Shown here: positions 37,266 to 50,446 of the stretch, piece after piece
Layout: the number at the start of each line of letters is the position of its first letter
Numbering within the stretch: position 1 is the stretch's first letter
From: Eledone cirrhosa
Taxonomy: Eukaryota
NCBI GenBank assembly: GCA_964016885.1
Contig: OZ024741.1
Coordinates: 148,366,001 to 148,430,000, forward strand
DNA length: 64,000 bases
Reading direction: 5' to 3'
Translations under genes and position numbers: made by a program
The notes under the pieces: model-generated
Told to the model about the DNA's origin: nothing
Seen by the model: the letters and a program-made list of their open reading frames with translations, nothing else
The model's database searches: none

Positions 37266-38216
37266 ACTTCTACAAATAAATTCTACTTGTGATAGAGATG
37301 TCACATACAGATTATTATCTCACCCGTTTGATACCAAACTACCTGAAACCATCCTTGGTTCTATAATACAATATTGTTTATTTTAAAGTGTTTATATTTA
37401 TCTAAATTTTATGTGAGAACCTTTGTTAGGTTATGCTCAAAATATCAGCTTAATACTGATAAAGTTAGTTATTTTATTAAATTTCTTCAAATTCTTGATT
37501 ATTTTCAAAATGATTTGAAAGTCATATGGAGTGTCTTTCATTTGAAGTATACTAACAATTATATTTCTAAGGAAATATAATTACATGGCCGTACTCTCTC
37601 AGTCTTCTCTCTTGCAAACTGTATTTGGCCTTCACACATCTTCTGCCTTCAGTGCCATTGTCTCACAACCAAACAGACTGACAGTACTAATTCTATAAAT
37701 ACTGATTGTCCTTAATCATCACCATTTAACATCTATTTTCCATGCTTGAATGGTTTAGATGGGCTAGACAAGTCAGGTAACTCTGTCTCACTCATATGTT
37801 CCATTTTGACATAGTTTCTGTGGCTGGATGCTCTTCCTAATGTTAAGCATCTCCTAGCGTGTTTTATTGTGACCCTGCTGCTACCATCTAACTGGGTGGA
37901 CTGGGTACTTTTTATCATGGTACCAACACTACCACTTTACAGAGTGTGATGGATGCATTTTATTGTGACACAAACACTACCACTTATTAACTCTAGGGTA
38001 TGTAGTGTGTTGTTCTTGGCCAGGCTGAGAAGGCAGTAATGGGAGTGGGGGAAGATGAGAGCAGGGGTGGGGGTAGGGGGAAAGATATATGGCCATTCTG
38101 TTTGGATAATATGCAAGAGAAAGCTAAATGTTATGTTATTATATTCATCAATCGTAGAACAAAATACCAAAATTACTTCATTATTTTCTATTTATTGAAA
38201 TGCTATTTTTTTCTAG

Positions 38217-38309
38217 AACAAATTCATAGAAACCCAGTTGATTTGGTAATGAATCGAGCAGAAAATTTTCCTGTTTATAAGAAATTCTTGGAAACAGATA
38301 TGCCAGAAT
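38217..38309 (+). CDS. MYCBPAP: MYCBPAP exon
   Basis: ttctag|(Q)QIHRNPVDLVMNRAENFPVYKKFLETDMPE|gtaagt; phase 1 to 1. Confidence 0.85.
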
Positions 38310-38497
38310 GTAAGTAACACTTTATTTAAATGAAATGTTATTTGTTTTATTACATATTTAACATCATACTTTGTAAAATATTCTTTAATGCTGTTATTTC
38401 ACAAAAATTAAACAAATTTTCAAATTTGAATATATTTTCAATTCTTAAAGCAGAGTTAAGAATTCATTATTTCATCATAAATTTCATCATAAATAAA

Positions 38498-38687
38498 GGG
38501 CGGTGGATTGGCAGTATCAGTAGAGGGTCGGACGCCATGCTTTCCAGCATAGTTACGTCCCTTTACGATCTGAGTTCAAATACCGCCGAGGTTGACTTTG
38601 CCTTTCATCCTTACGGGGTCGATAAAATAAAGTACCAGTAATGCACTGGGTAATTGCTGGCCTTGTGCCTAAAGTAGAAACAATTAT
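38498..38687 (+). mobile_element. Full-length tRNA/Nin-type SINE with target-site duplication
   Basis: Head ggcggtggattggcag, gagttcaaat, Nin-like domain and (ATT) tail. tttcatcataaat is repeated on both sides. Confidence 0.8.
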
Positions 38688-39370
38688 TTCATCATAAATT
38701 CATTTTGCGCCTGTGTTTTATGCTGACCTGGGTTAGACAAATCAATACAGTCCGAGACTATTATGGCGAGGGAACTACATTTTTACTCCTACATTCCATA
38801 TTCAACATGGTTTCTATAACTGAATACCCTTCCTAATGTCAACCACTTTACAGAGTGCACTAGGTGGATTTTATCATTGCACCAACAACAGAGAGGTGTT
38901 GTTGCCACGATAAAATCCACCTAGTACCAGTACATTCTGTAAAGTGGTAGTGCAGGTGCTGCTATAAAAGACACTCAATACACCTTATAAATTAGTAGTG
39001 TTAATGCCATGATAAAATTAACCAGTGCACTGTTTAGGGTGGTTGGAGTTAAGAAGAGCATTCAGACATAGAAACCATGCCAAATACGGAATGTAAGAGT
39101 TAAGATGTAGTTTGTTGATTGTGGTTTGAGCTGTGATAACTTGTCCAATTCATTTCAGCATGGAAACAGATGGTCAAGCCGAGGCTATATAGTAGAAGTC
39201 ACTTGACCAAAGTGTCATTCAGTCCACTTAAACTGCAACTATATGGTTATGAAGCAAACTTCACAGCCATGCTTGTTCTTACAATATGATAGTAAAGTTA
39301 GATAAGGATAGGAATGAATAAAGAATGAACCTTACCAATTCTTTGTAAAATAATTGTTGTTATTCCACAG

Positions 39371-39434
39371 CTTATTCATCAGTTGCATTCTGGAAACAGC
39401 AGAGAAGATTTGGTGATGCAGTAAAGGGACTGCA
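39371..39434 (+). CDS. MYCBPAP: MYCBPAP exon
   Basis: ccacag|(S)YSSVAFWKQQRRFGDAVKGL(H)|gtaaga; FW.....GD...GL motif. Confidence 0.85.
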
Positions 39435-40559
39435 GTAAGAGTTTTATAATTATTTTCACTATGTTTCAAGTTCAGATCCCACCAAGGTCAACATTGCCTT
39501 TTATTCTATTGAGGGCAGTAAATTGGGAAAATTGTTAGAGCCTTAGGCAGTATTTGTTCCAGCTTTCTCTGCTTTGAGTTCAAATCCTGGTGAGGTCAAC
39601 TTTGTCTTTCATCATTTCGGGGTTGATAAAGTACCAGTCCAAGGGTAGTGCACTGATGGCATTGATAGAGTCTTAGACATGATGCTTTGCAGTGTCTCTT
39701 TTGGCATTCAGAGTTAGCCTCTGACAACTCAGATGGCAAACTATCAATGTTTTCCTTGGACAACATTGGTGGTGGAGAAGAGTGACATGTGTGCAGGAGC
39801 AACTACTGGTCTTTTATAAAAAGAACACCAAAACATTGCTTAGATCTACTTCTTGGAGATGATCTTTCCAGGAGCAGATTCGTAGTATCACAAGAAATAT
39901 ATGTATGGAACTGCAACTCCTGATGGAGTTGTTGGGGCATTTAGTGACATACAGTTTGTGTTGAACATTTTAAACCTGGTGGAGCCCATCCCCTTAATAA
40001 GTCCGAACACAGTTGATTTCTTCTGTAGGAGAGAAAGAGTGAGAAAAAGGAATAGAGAATAAGATATAGAAGAAGAATTGACCCCAGTACTGAACTAGTA
40101 CTTTTTTTAATGACCTCAAAAAGATGAAAGGCAAAGTTTTCCTTGGTGGGATTTCAACTGAGGATGCAGAAAGCCAGAACAGCTACCCTGCTAATCCACT
40201 ACCTTGACCTCACAAAACACACAGGGGTTCTAAATGAAGATATAAAAAATCACAAAATTCATTAAATAACAAATACATATACATATTTCTTGATTTAAAC
40301 AAATTTTAATTTGTTTTATTATATACATATTCGCACACATCTTTCACTAGATAAACTTATATTCATGCACATGCATACAAACATCCCACTAAGCACACTT
40401 ACATTCACGCACACACATGCATATGTCATACATTTCACAATTTTCGAAATTTTTACGCACGCTCGAAATTTTAACATCTTTTCATTTCATTTAACTTAAA
40501 TCTGCTCTCCATACAAGCAAGTCAATCCGATCGATTTTTTAAGTCTCTCATAGGGTTAC

Positions 40560-40599
40560 TCCCTTGATAATGGGTTTTTAAACCCGAAAATATTTGGGA
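40560..40599 (+). ncRNA. Minimal type I hammerhead motif, variant core UUGAUAA
   Basis: tccc-TTGATAA-t gggttt tt aaaccc-GAAA-atat-TT-ggga. Stems I and II are perfect; stem III is palindromic (AATATT). Confidence 0.62.
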
Positions 40600-40760
40600 T
40601 CGTTAAATTTGCTACGGTAAGATTCTTTTATTATCTTGGCGATTTAATGATTTAATGCATTATTTTGATTTTCAAAATTATTTAAATTTTAATTTATTGC
40701 TAAATAAAATAATATATGAATAGAAATGATTTTTTTTTATTGTTAAATATTTTATTTTAG

Positions 40761-40840
40761 TTCAACTCTCTCTATGACTGAAAAATGCAAGACAGCATAC
40801 GATCAGATAGGAGTTCCTCAAATGATTCAAAATGAAAAAT
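40761..40840 (+). CDS. MYCBPAP: MYCBPAP exon
   Basis: ttttag|STLSMTEKCKTAYDQIGVPQMIQNEK|gtatgt; phase 2 to 1. Confidence 0.8.
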
Positions 40841-41290
40841 GTATGTATAATATAAACCACTATCTCTGGAATGTATGTATATATAAACTGCTGTGTCTAT
40901 AGTGTATGTGTATATTAATATAAACTGTCGTATCTATTTTCCACTACACAGTCCATATTCACCTACACCAAATCATGTGAGGGGTTATAAAACCATACAC
41001 TCCTCTCAACCACTTTAGATATTTCCATAATCATGCTCCATGGCAAAGATGTTTAGTGATTCATTTATTGATTGAAATAAATTATTATATATTTAATTTA
41101 ATTATACAGATATGTATAAAACTGACCCTTTAAGGTTTAATAATGCACCCCCCTGAGGTCTGCACCCTAGGTGGCTTCTTAGTGGTCCTTAATGGTAATG
41201 TCAGCCCAGTATGTATATAGACTGTCGTATCTATAGACACTCACTTTCACTCACTCTCTCTCTTTTACTCTCCCTCTCTCTCTCTCTGTA

Positions 41291-41378
<88 letters not shown>

Positions 41379-41858
41379 GTTCAATGAAACAAACAACAAA
41401 ACAGAGGTACAAAAAGTCTTATGAGTTTCACGTTTTATATGGAAAAGGGGAAAGAAAGTATATATATATATCATCATCATCATTTAATGTCCATCTTCCA
41501 AGCTAGAATGGGTTTATATGAGCGAGACACGGTCACCCGACCAACCTTGCCTCAAGTGGGACAACTCCCGTCTAACCCATGCTAGCATGGAAGATGGACG
41601 TTAAACGAAGATTATGATGATGATGATATACACACATACACATATATACACGTGAGTAATTATAGTGGAACAGCCCACTATTAATTTTTGGTAAGACATG
41701 AATAGCTCAATGCACGTTTGAGGTTCTCAGTAAATAGGAATTCAAAACAATCAAAAGTGTCTTTTGAAGGTTAAAGTTCTTGCTGTTAAAGATGTTGAAG
41801 GCGGCAGAGCACAAATATTTAAATTGAACAACCCAAGGTTTTAAAATCAAATCCATCT

Positions 41859-42084
41859 TTAACCCTTTAACATTTAAACCGGCCATATCTGGCCAGAATT
41901 CTTTCACCCCTTTCTGTTCAAATCGGTCATAACCAGCTGCTCGTACTGATGTTAAGGTATTGTTCTCAAAATAAATATCAAAATCTCATAGATTCCATAT
42001 TATGTGAGATAATTATGTAAGATAAAGCCTTTACCATGAAAATATAATATTATATGTAGAGTAATGTAAATGCTAAAGGGTTAA
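41859..42084 (+). mobile_element. piggyBac-type MITE
   Basis: TTAA|ccctttaacattta...taaatgctaaaggg|TTAA. Confidence 0.85.
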
Positions 42085-42229
42085 TCTCTACAACCGTTTC
42101 TATACATGGGAGAAACTTGTATATACATGCAAACAATGAATCAATCTAGTATAGTAAGCATTATTAGGGTGAATGGGAGTTGTATCAATATAGAGAGAAG
42201 ATACAATATGACAATAGACTTACGCATGT

Positions 42230-42431
42230 TTAACCCTTTAGCATTTAAACCGGCCATTTTCTCTCACCTCTTTCTGTTCAAACCAGCTGTTACCAGCCAC
42301 TCATACTGATGTTAAGGTATTTTTCTCAAAATAAATAATATCAAAATTTCATAGATTTGATATGTAAGATAAAGTCTTTACCACAAAAATATAATAGTAT
42401 ATATAAAGTAATGTAAATGTTAAAGGGTTAA
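42230..42431 (+). mobile_element. piggyBac-type MITE
   Basis: TTAA|ccctttagcattta...taaatgttaaaggg|TTAA. Confidence 0.85.
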
Positions 42432-42989
42432 GTCAGTATATGTTCTTTTAGTACTCACTTAAAATTTTACTACTATACTTAAAATTTCACTCCTCTAAAT
42501 CAGTATGAAACATAATTCTACTTAATCATGCTGTAACACTGGACATAAATTAAACAGATTGTTTGTGCCTAAATACACCACCTCAAAGATTTAACACTGC
42601 TTTTTGTTTTGAATTTACTGCATACCATATAAATACGTATGCTGTTAGCTATAATGGCAGATTATTTTTCTGCTTCAGACTTTCTTTTATGTCAGAGTGA
42701 GTAACATGATTAACAATAAATATGAGCTTACCTGTTGCACATATATTAATACAAGAATTATTAAATTACTATTATAGGTTTTAATTAGTCTAACTGTCTG
42801 TTTCTCTCTCCATATATTACAGCATGGTACCACTATTGTACTATTGTCTGTTCTTCCATGCTAGCGTGGAAGAACGGACGTATGATGATGATGATGTACA
42901 TCCAACAAGCCTAAAAAATATATATTTCCCTCTCTTTGCCATTTATCTATATGCATCTGTATGTCTGTTTTCTTTCATTGTTTGCTAAT

Positions 42990-43781
42990 ATTCTTGCTAC
43001 ATGTTGTGTTGATCTGCATCTCCAGTAACATTCTTGTTAGCAAGGTCCTCAGCAAGACAGCCAAACATGATGTGGCCCCAGAGCTCGAGCAGGCTCTGGC
43101 TGACTGGACAGGCATAGGCCTCTCTATCTCCCAGTATACAAATGTCCAACCTAACTGTGATGACATCAAATGCAGTTCTTCCTTCAGGCGGATCGAGTCT
43201 GGTTTGGACCAACACTGCCTCACCTGACTCCGATCTGCTTCACAGCCAAACAGCTGTGTGTGGCTCAATTCAGTGCCCTCCTCATCAACCGGTACCCTTC
43301 TTGATGACGAGTGTACTCGCATCAGAGTGGCCCATTGCCTCAGCCTCCATGTGTGTAAGTCACATAAATGTCGTTGTGGGGCTGTCATTGACAAGTTTGG
43401 CCTGCATCCACTATCATGCTGCCAAAGCGCATGCCGGTTCCCCTGACTCCAAAGCGCATGCCGCCAAAGCGCATGCTGTTCCAGACTCCTTCTCAATATG
43501 TTGCTGAGAGTACTCAGCAACATATTGAGAAGGAGTCTGGAACAGCTGGCTTCCCATCACAACTGGAGCCAGCAGCCTTGCTCACACAGATGGCAAGCGT
43601 CCCGACGGAATTACCCTCTTCCTATTCAAAGGAGGTAGATCCCTCATTTGGGACACCACGTGATATGTTCTTCGCCTCCAACTTAGTCACTTCAGCCACA
43701 AACCCCAGTACTGCGTCCCTCGGTGCAGAAGAAAGGAAAACAAACAAATACCAGGGATTGTTTGGTTATTTTCAGACTTGA
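42990..43781 (+). mobile_element. CRE-clade retrotransposon 3' fragment, third subfamily, degenerate
   Basis: [53 protein letters not shown], then [20 protein letters not shown] and AEERKTNKY. Confidence 0.85.
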
Positions 43782-43950
43782 AGAGGGGCTGGGTTCTGCC
43801 AAGTTTAAATTGCCCATGGCATGACATATCTCACAACAACACTCCTATAACTCCATCAGGAGATATGGATCCATACAATACATACACACAGATATTTAGT
43901 TCCTAACTTGAAAACCAGTTATAATTGATTCCTTCCATTGTTTGCCTCAG

Positions 43951-44048
43951 GTCTAATTACTCCTAACCAACAAGTATCAACAGCAGAAAGTCACATTCTT
44001 AGAGCTTCCAACATAAAAGGAAAAAAAAGTCAAAGTTGCCTTTTGCCA
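43951..44048 (+). CDS. MYCBPAP: MYCBPAP exon
   Basis: cctcag|(C)LITPNQQVSTAESHILRASNIKGKKSQSCLLP|gtaagt. Phase 1 to 0, which exactly bridges 40840 and 44742. Sequence is divergent. Confidence 0.72.
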
Positions 44049-44741
44049 GTAAGTTTCAAGTTTTAATTTATTAAATCATAATGTCCTCTACTGCATGAAA
44101 CCACTTTAGCAAAACATTCTTGTAAAGTACAAAACAGCACTGTGACTGCATCACATTAAACATTGAAATCTAATATTGCTAATTTTCTGTCTAATAGTGA
44201 AGATATCTTAAACATTTGAATTAACAGACCAACAGGATGTTAAGAGTTAATGCCCTGTAGCACATGAAACTGCATTAGCAAGACATACTTGCTAAGTACA
44301 AAACAGCAATATGATTGCATCACATTAAAAATTGAAGTCTTAACTTTAATACTGCAAATTGTTTACAACCATCTGTCTATTAGTAAAGATATTATAACCA
44401 TTTGAATTAAATCTGTTTTTGGATATTTTCTGCTAAACCATTACAGAGTGTTAAGAGTTAAGTAATAGGAAAATTATTTGTTTGCTAAGTGAAATGTTAT
44501 ACAGTATTAATTAATATTTGGATAACTTATAGATTAACTATTTTATTGTGTTTATATCTAAAAACGATCATATTTTTTTCATGTAAGAACCTTTGTTATA
44601 TTCCAAACCCCAGTTTAATAATGAGAAAGTTGTATTACTCCCTCCAAATTCTTGATTTTTTAAAAATTATTTTAAGCATATTAGAAGTTTTCTTCAAAGA
44701 AAATATGGGTTCATGAAGATTATATTTTGTTATACTTTTAG

Positions 44742-44875
44742 GATTTCCAGAATCTTGAGGTGAGAGGGTTCCAAATTTATGATGCATCTATAACATCAAT
44801 AATCAATAATGAAGACTTGAAAGATGATGAAGTGGTTAATACAGAGGAAATAGAAAATACCCCAGTAGAAAGCAG
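44742..44875 (+). CDS. MYCBPAP: MYCBPAP exon
   Basis: ttttag|DFQNLEVRGFQIYDASITSIINNEDLKDDEVVNTEEIENTPVES|gtatct; (P)D...LEV.G motif. Confidence 0.85.
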
Positions 44876-45994
44876 GTATCTAACAGTTGTTGTTTCATCA
44901 CAGGTCAGCCCCATTTGAGTAGACCTATGATCAAAGGGGTTCTGGCCATAGCTATCCTGTCTTTTTTCTATACCTAAGATTACATTGTGCACTGCACCAT
45001 TATGTATGTAACTCTATGTGAAAGTGAATGAAGGAATAAGTTTTTATGATCAAGGGGGTCCCAGCCATGACCAACCACTGTGAATAAAGTGGTAAGATTT
45101 TATGATCAAAGCTGGCTAAAGACTAGACTTTCCTAAAGGCACTGAATGACTAAGTGGGGGTGTTAAACTGGACAATGTATTAAGTCTTCAACCTAAGGTG
45201 TTCAATATTTTTGGTGGTGATGGTGGTGGTGGTGGTGGTTGTATAAGAATACTATGTTAAGTTATTATCTTAGTAATGAAATAATTAATAATTTTAGTAA
45301 ATCCTTCAAAATTCTTCATTATTTAATTGAAATAAAATGTACCTCATTGGAAATACTGCCATGGAAGAGTTGATGCATTATCTAAAGAATAGATGTTTCC
45401 CAACTGTATATGGTAGGACCTGTATGAAAGTGATAATATCCTGTTGATACTTTGATGTCCTTCTGTGTCTGAATTCAAATCTCATCAAAGTCAACTTTAT
45501 GTCTTTTGTTCTTTTGGGAAGGTGTTAAAATAAAATATCAACCAAAGATGGCAAATTGGCAGTATTCTTAGAGTGTTAGATGAGTTACTTTGTGATATTT
45601 GTTCTAATTTTTTGTATTCTGATTTTAAATTCCGCTGCAGCCTACTTGGGTGGTAGATTTAATCTGTCACCTGGTTTAGCATTACCACCTGGCCCTTGGT
45701 GGCTTTTATTAGAGTTCATTTTGTTACAAGCATTCAGACCAATTCTTCAATTTGAATATACTTTGCTCTGTTCCTCTTGGAAGTCTTGAAAAGGGTCATG
45801 GACACTGCCCTTCCTTCCTTGACTAAACAGTAAGAAAAAAACATAAAAAAAAACATTGGAAGAAAATATTTAAAAGTGACTTTAGCTTTTGTCAAGCCCA
45901 CATTCATACTGTTAATTCATCTTATATAATGTTTCCTTTCAGTAATAAAAACACATTGGTTCCTGAATTTAATGAATATAATGTTTCCTTTCAG

Positions 45995-46211
45995 TTATAA
46001 AAACACTTTGGTTCCCGAATCTATTGAATATGGAAGTCTCATATCTGGTCCAGCTTTGGTAGTCAATGGGCACAAAGTGAAATGGCAACCAGAAAACGAA
46101 GATAAAGCAATAGATTTCATGTTTTATTTTGAATCAGCTCTTGGAGAGACAGACAAATCTTCTTTGTTTGTTCAGAACAATGGCTCCACAGCTATATTTT
46201 ATAAGTGGAAG
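45995..46211 (+). CDS. MYCBPAP: MYCBPAP exon (MYCBPAP domain)
   Basis: GPALVVNGHKVKW...FMFYFESALGETDKSSLFVQNNGSTAIFYKWK matches GP.L...G....W...L.FE...GE...S.L.V.NNGT.AI.Y.W. Confidence 0.92.
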
Positions 46212-47368
46212 GTGCATAAGATTTTGTTTACATTATGTTTCTTTTACATAAAGACTACAGCTCCTACAAGAGATGTTGTGCTGTAAAAAAAGAAAAAGAA
46301 TAAGCTATGTGTTACCAGATCAACTGGTTTACATGTAAAGCAACAAGCATTTTAAGTCAATTTTCACTGCTAATGCAGGAGTTGGCCCTGTATGATAGGT
46401 TTAATATTTATGATGGGATCCTTTTTGAAGCAATGTTATATAACCAGACACCCTTCTTGGTCTTGCTCAAGGTCAGAACATGATGCCAGGAACCAAACTC
46501 ATCACCTTACGATTGTCAGCCAAACATGATAACCATTAAGCTACACATCTTCATAAAAGAAGTTGTAATTGTAAATAGAAGGAGAATGTTATATTTATGT
46601 TGGATTATTGAATGTAACATTTTTAGTCTCCCCAAGCAAGACCAACCGAGCTTATGGAGGTTATCCAACAATCATGCTCATAGAGATGGTTGCTTCTAAT
46701 AGTACTTTCTGGAAGGCATGTCTGAGGACTCTTTTCCCACAACCTTCTTGGGAATAAGTGAGTGAAGAAGTTTTTAGTAAGTAAAATGTTTAGTAAGTAA
46801 AATTGTATCATGAAATGAAATAAAATGAAATTTACAGCTCACATCTATGTAGATTTAACTAGTCTCCTATGAAGTTGCATCTCATAGGAGGTTTCATGGG
46901 TATTTTAATGATAAGGGTCTCAGTCCTATCATAAAAAGCAATGTGAAATGATGCGTCTTGCTCAAGAACACAATGCACCAGCCATTTCAGGAATCAAACT
47001 GATGACCTTGAGTTGAACACTCTAACCACAAGGCCACATGCCTTCACACATTGTATTATCTCTCATACTGTAGGTACCATATCATTAACCTGCCTAAAAT
47101 CACACTGGTTTTATTATGTACAACTGCTCATTTTAAAATGTTCATAATTATATTAAAACCTCCCATTATGATTTTATTTAATAATTTTTTTTGGTAAATA
47201 ACATTTCAAACAGCTTACTAATGAAAAAGTTAGTTATTTCTTTAAATTCTTTAAATTTTCACAATTAGTTGATACACATAAACAGCATATTTTATAAGGA
47301 ATACAGACACAAACAGATTATTCAGCAACTTCAGTTCTTTACTCTAGGTATTTGATGACTTTTATATA

Positions 47369-47444
47369 CAGGGCATCCCCCAAAATGTATACTCACTTCA
47401 ACAGCATTCTAATAAATATGTGTGTACATTTTTTGGAGACCCTG
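47369..47444. mobile_element. Tiny Tc1/mariner-type MITE; related copy at ~53705-53802
   Basis: ta|cagggcatcccccaaaatgtatac...gtacattttttggagaccctg imperfect TIRs. Confidence 0.6.
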
Positions 47445-47487
47445 TGTTTACCAGTTGTGACTTTGAAACACTCTTTATATTTTGCAG

Positions 47488-47560
47488 AAACTTATAAAAG
47501 ACAGTCCATACAACCCTTACCAAGTACTGCATAAATATTTCTATTTCAATGATTCTAATG
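47488..47560 (+). CDS. MYCBPAP: MYCBPAP exon
   Basis: ttgcag|KLIKDSPYNPYQVLHKYFYFNDSN G|gtaaat; FYF....GVILP across the junction. Confidence 0.88.
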
Positions 47561-47814
47561 GTAAATATTTGAATTTTCAATAACCATGATAACATGCATG
47601 CAGTGGTTAGTAATAGGAAGGGCATCCAATCATAGAAACAATGGCACCATGGAACATATCTGTGTGAAATGTGATCTCCCAACCTGTCTAGGAGAACAGT
47701 AATTCCAATTAAGTACTGACTTAGTCTGTAACGACTGATCCAGTCTATGCTAACATGGAAAAATAAAGTGATGATGATAATCAAGTTGAAAGAAGTATTG
47801 CACATGAGATGTGA

Positions 47815-47856
<42 letters not shown>

Positions 47857-48343
47857 GAGAGAGAGAGAGAGTTGAACCTCCATCGTTCTCAATGAAGAGG
47901 CTTCCAGATGATTCAATCAACAGAGCTGCCTACTCATGAAATTAAAGTGTAAGTGGCTGAGCATTCCACAGTCATGTGCTCTCTAAACATTGTTCTCAGA
48001 GACATACACCATGACACAATGTGTGACAAGACTGGCCCTTTGAAATAGAGGTACCACCCATTTTTGCCAGCTGAGTGAGCTGAAGCAATGTGAAATAAAG
48101 TGTCTGGCTCAAGAAAAAATCATGTACCTGGTTTGGGAATGAAACTCATGACTTAAAAATATATATAAGGTGGGTTAGGAATATATGTGTGTGTGTGTTT
48201 ATATGTATATAAACCTACTAATAGCATCTGTAGTTGGTTTTAACTATAGACTTGTTAGTATAGTTTGTCTTCTACTTATGTCTCCAGACAACAAATATAC
48301 AACAGATGTATCACTACTTAACTCTGTAATTCTAACATTTCAG

Positions 48344-48522
48344 GTGTCATTTTACCAAACCAGACAATACAATTTCCATTTACTTTTAAATCTCCCCAAA
48401 TTGGGGTTTACTCTGAAGTATTGGAATTTGTTACCTTCCCAAAGTTACCCTGTATGATGGTCTCATTACAAGGAATTATTAAACCACTAGATCTATATTC
48501 TGTTTCTAGAACTAATCTATCG
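48344..48522 (+). CDS. MYCBPAP: MYCBPAP exon
   Basis: GVILPNQTIQFPFTFKSPQIGVYSEVLEFVTFPKLPCMMVSLQGIIKPLDLYSVSRTNLS|gtaaga; GVILP.....F.F.FKS...G.F.E.WEF.T.P motif. Confidence 0.92.
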
Positions 48523-48817
48523 GTAAGAATTATTACATCTCATTTTGCTGTCCTATTTAGTTCTCAATACTTTCATTAAGAAAAAAGAGAAAAGAAACTG
48601 ATACTCAAATTGAACTGAGGAAACAATGTGTCACTGCTTTTCCAGTGATAGGATGAAGTAGGATTTGAACTCAATGCACAGAGCCAGAACAGATATTGCA
48701 AAGAATCTTGTCTGATGCTTTCATTATTCCGCCAATCCATCACTCCTAGACTCGTACTTTACTTATCAACTGCAAAAGGATGAAAGGAAAGTTGACCTTG
48801 GTTGAATTTGACCTCGT

Positions 48818-48820
<3 letters not shown>

Positions 48821-48892
<72 letters not shown>
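48821..48892. repeat. (CA)n microsatellite
   Basis: Pure CA run of about 36 units. Confidence 0.95.
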
Positions 48893-48895
<3 letters not shown>

Positions 48896-50280
48896 GCGCG
48901 CATGCACATATAATGGGTTTCATACAGTTACTGTCTACCAATTTTACCCTTAAGGTATCAGTTGGCCCGAAGCTTTAGTTAACGACACTTGTCCAAGATA
49001 CCACACAATGGTTTAGAATTCAAAGCCTCATAGTTGTAAAGTGAACATCTTAACCACAAAACCATGCTTGCACTCTCGATACTTAGTAAAACCAACCCAA
49101 GGTTGTTGGTATCTGAAAATGTCTTTTACTACCTGGCTGAGATAAATTTAATCAGGTACAAAGAATAAATATCATGAGACTGAGCTGCTGTAAAACATGG
49201 AAGACTGCTACTCACTGAGCATGAGTTCAAACCTTATTCAAATCATCAGTTGTTTTTTTAGTCACAGAGGGAAGGCCAGTGTTCATGAAACTTTTCAAAA
49301 CCCCTGAGACTAGTACTTTATTTTATTGACCTGAAAAGTAATTGAACTCAGGGCAGACAGACCTGGAACAAATAGTACATGGCATTATGATGTGTAGTCT
49401 AACAACTCAACCAAGCCATTTTGCCATTTACATAACTTTTTTTCAGTTTGTGTGATTAACAATAGTAGGCTATGCTTTAGCTTCATGTTTGAGTTGTTAA
49501 TAGTAAGAAGATACTATCGCATGTTCAAATCTTAATACAGCTGTCATATGGGCACCTGTCAGACTGAACTGGATACAGCACTCTCTTTGCCTCAGTTGGC
49601 TTAGCATTCATTCCTGTTTTACGGTCGAGTAGTTTAACGGTTGTAAGCGTGCCTTACTGACAAACAATACAATAGCACTAGTAATAAAGAAACGTACGTA
49701 CATTCAACACAGGATACAATAGCAACAATGAATATAAAACAGTGAAAAGAAAATACCTGAAGCTTATGTAATTCACTATCTTGATGGTTACATAGTTCAA
49801 ACCATGTAAATAGCATTTTATTTGGCTCTTGGGCTAAGACTATCTGTTTTCTCTCAATGAATCTAGTTTACTTGTTGGAAATTACATAATTTCCTTACAA
49901 TTTATCATGGCATCAAGCATAACATCTTGTTAACCTTTTTGTTAACCTCTTTTTAATGAAAGACTCTATGATTTTCAAATAAATAAAAAAATTTTGAGAA
50001 TTTTAAAGGATTTAGTAATATAACTAACTTACTCATTATTAAATAAAATTATAGGCAGTGGATTGGCAGAATCATCAGAACAGTGGATAAAATGCTTTGC
50101 AGCATTAGTTTCTGCTTTTTACATTCTAAGTAGAAATCTCGCCAAAGTCAGCTTTGCCTTTCATCCTTTCAGGGTCAATAAAATAAAATACCAGTTAATT
50201 ACTGTAGTCAATAAAATTGACTTTCCACAAATTTCAGGCTTTTTGCCTAGATTAGATATCATTATTAAATATAATTATTA

Positions 50281-50446
50281 GAGGGTCGGACGCCATGCTT
50301 TCCAGCATAGTTACGTCGCATTACGATCTGAGTTCAAATCCCGCCGAGGTTGACTTTGCCTTTCATCCTTACGGGGTCGATAAAATAAAGTACCAGTAAT
50401 GCACTGGGTAATTGCTGGCCTTGTGCCTAAAGTAGAAACAATTATT
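50281..50446 (+). mobile_element. 5'-truncated tRNA/Nin-type SINE with 18-bp TSD, inserted at the tail of an older copy (50054-50270)
   Basis: attattaaatataattat flanks both sides (50261 and 50441). Confidence 0.8.
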
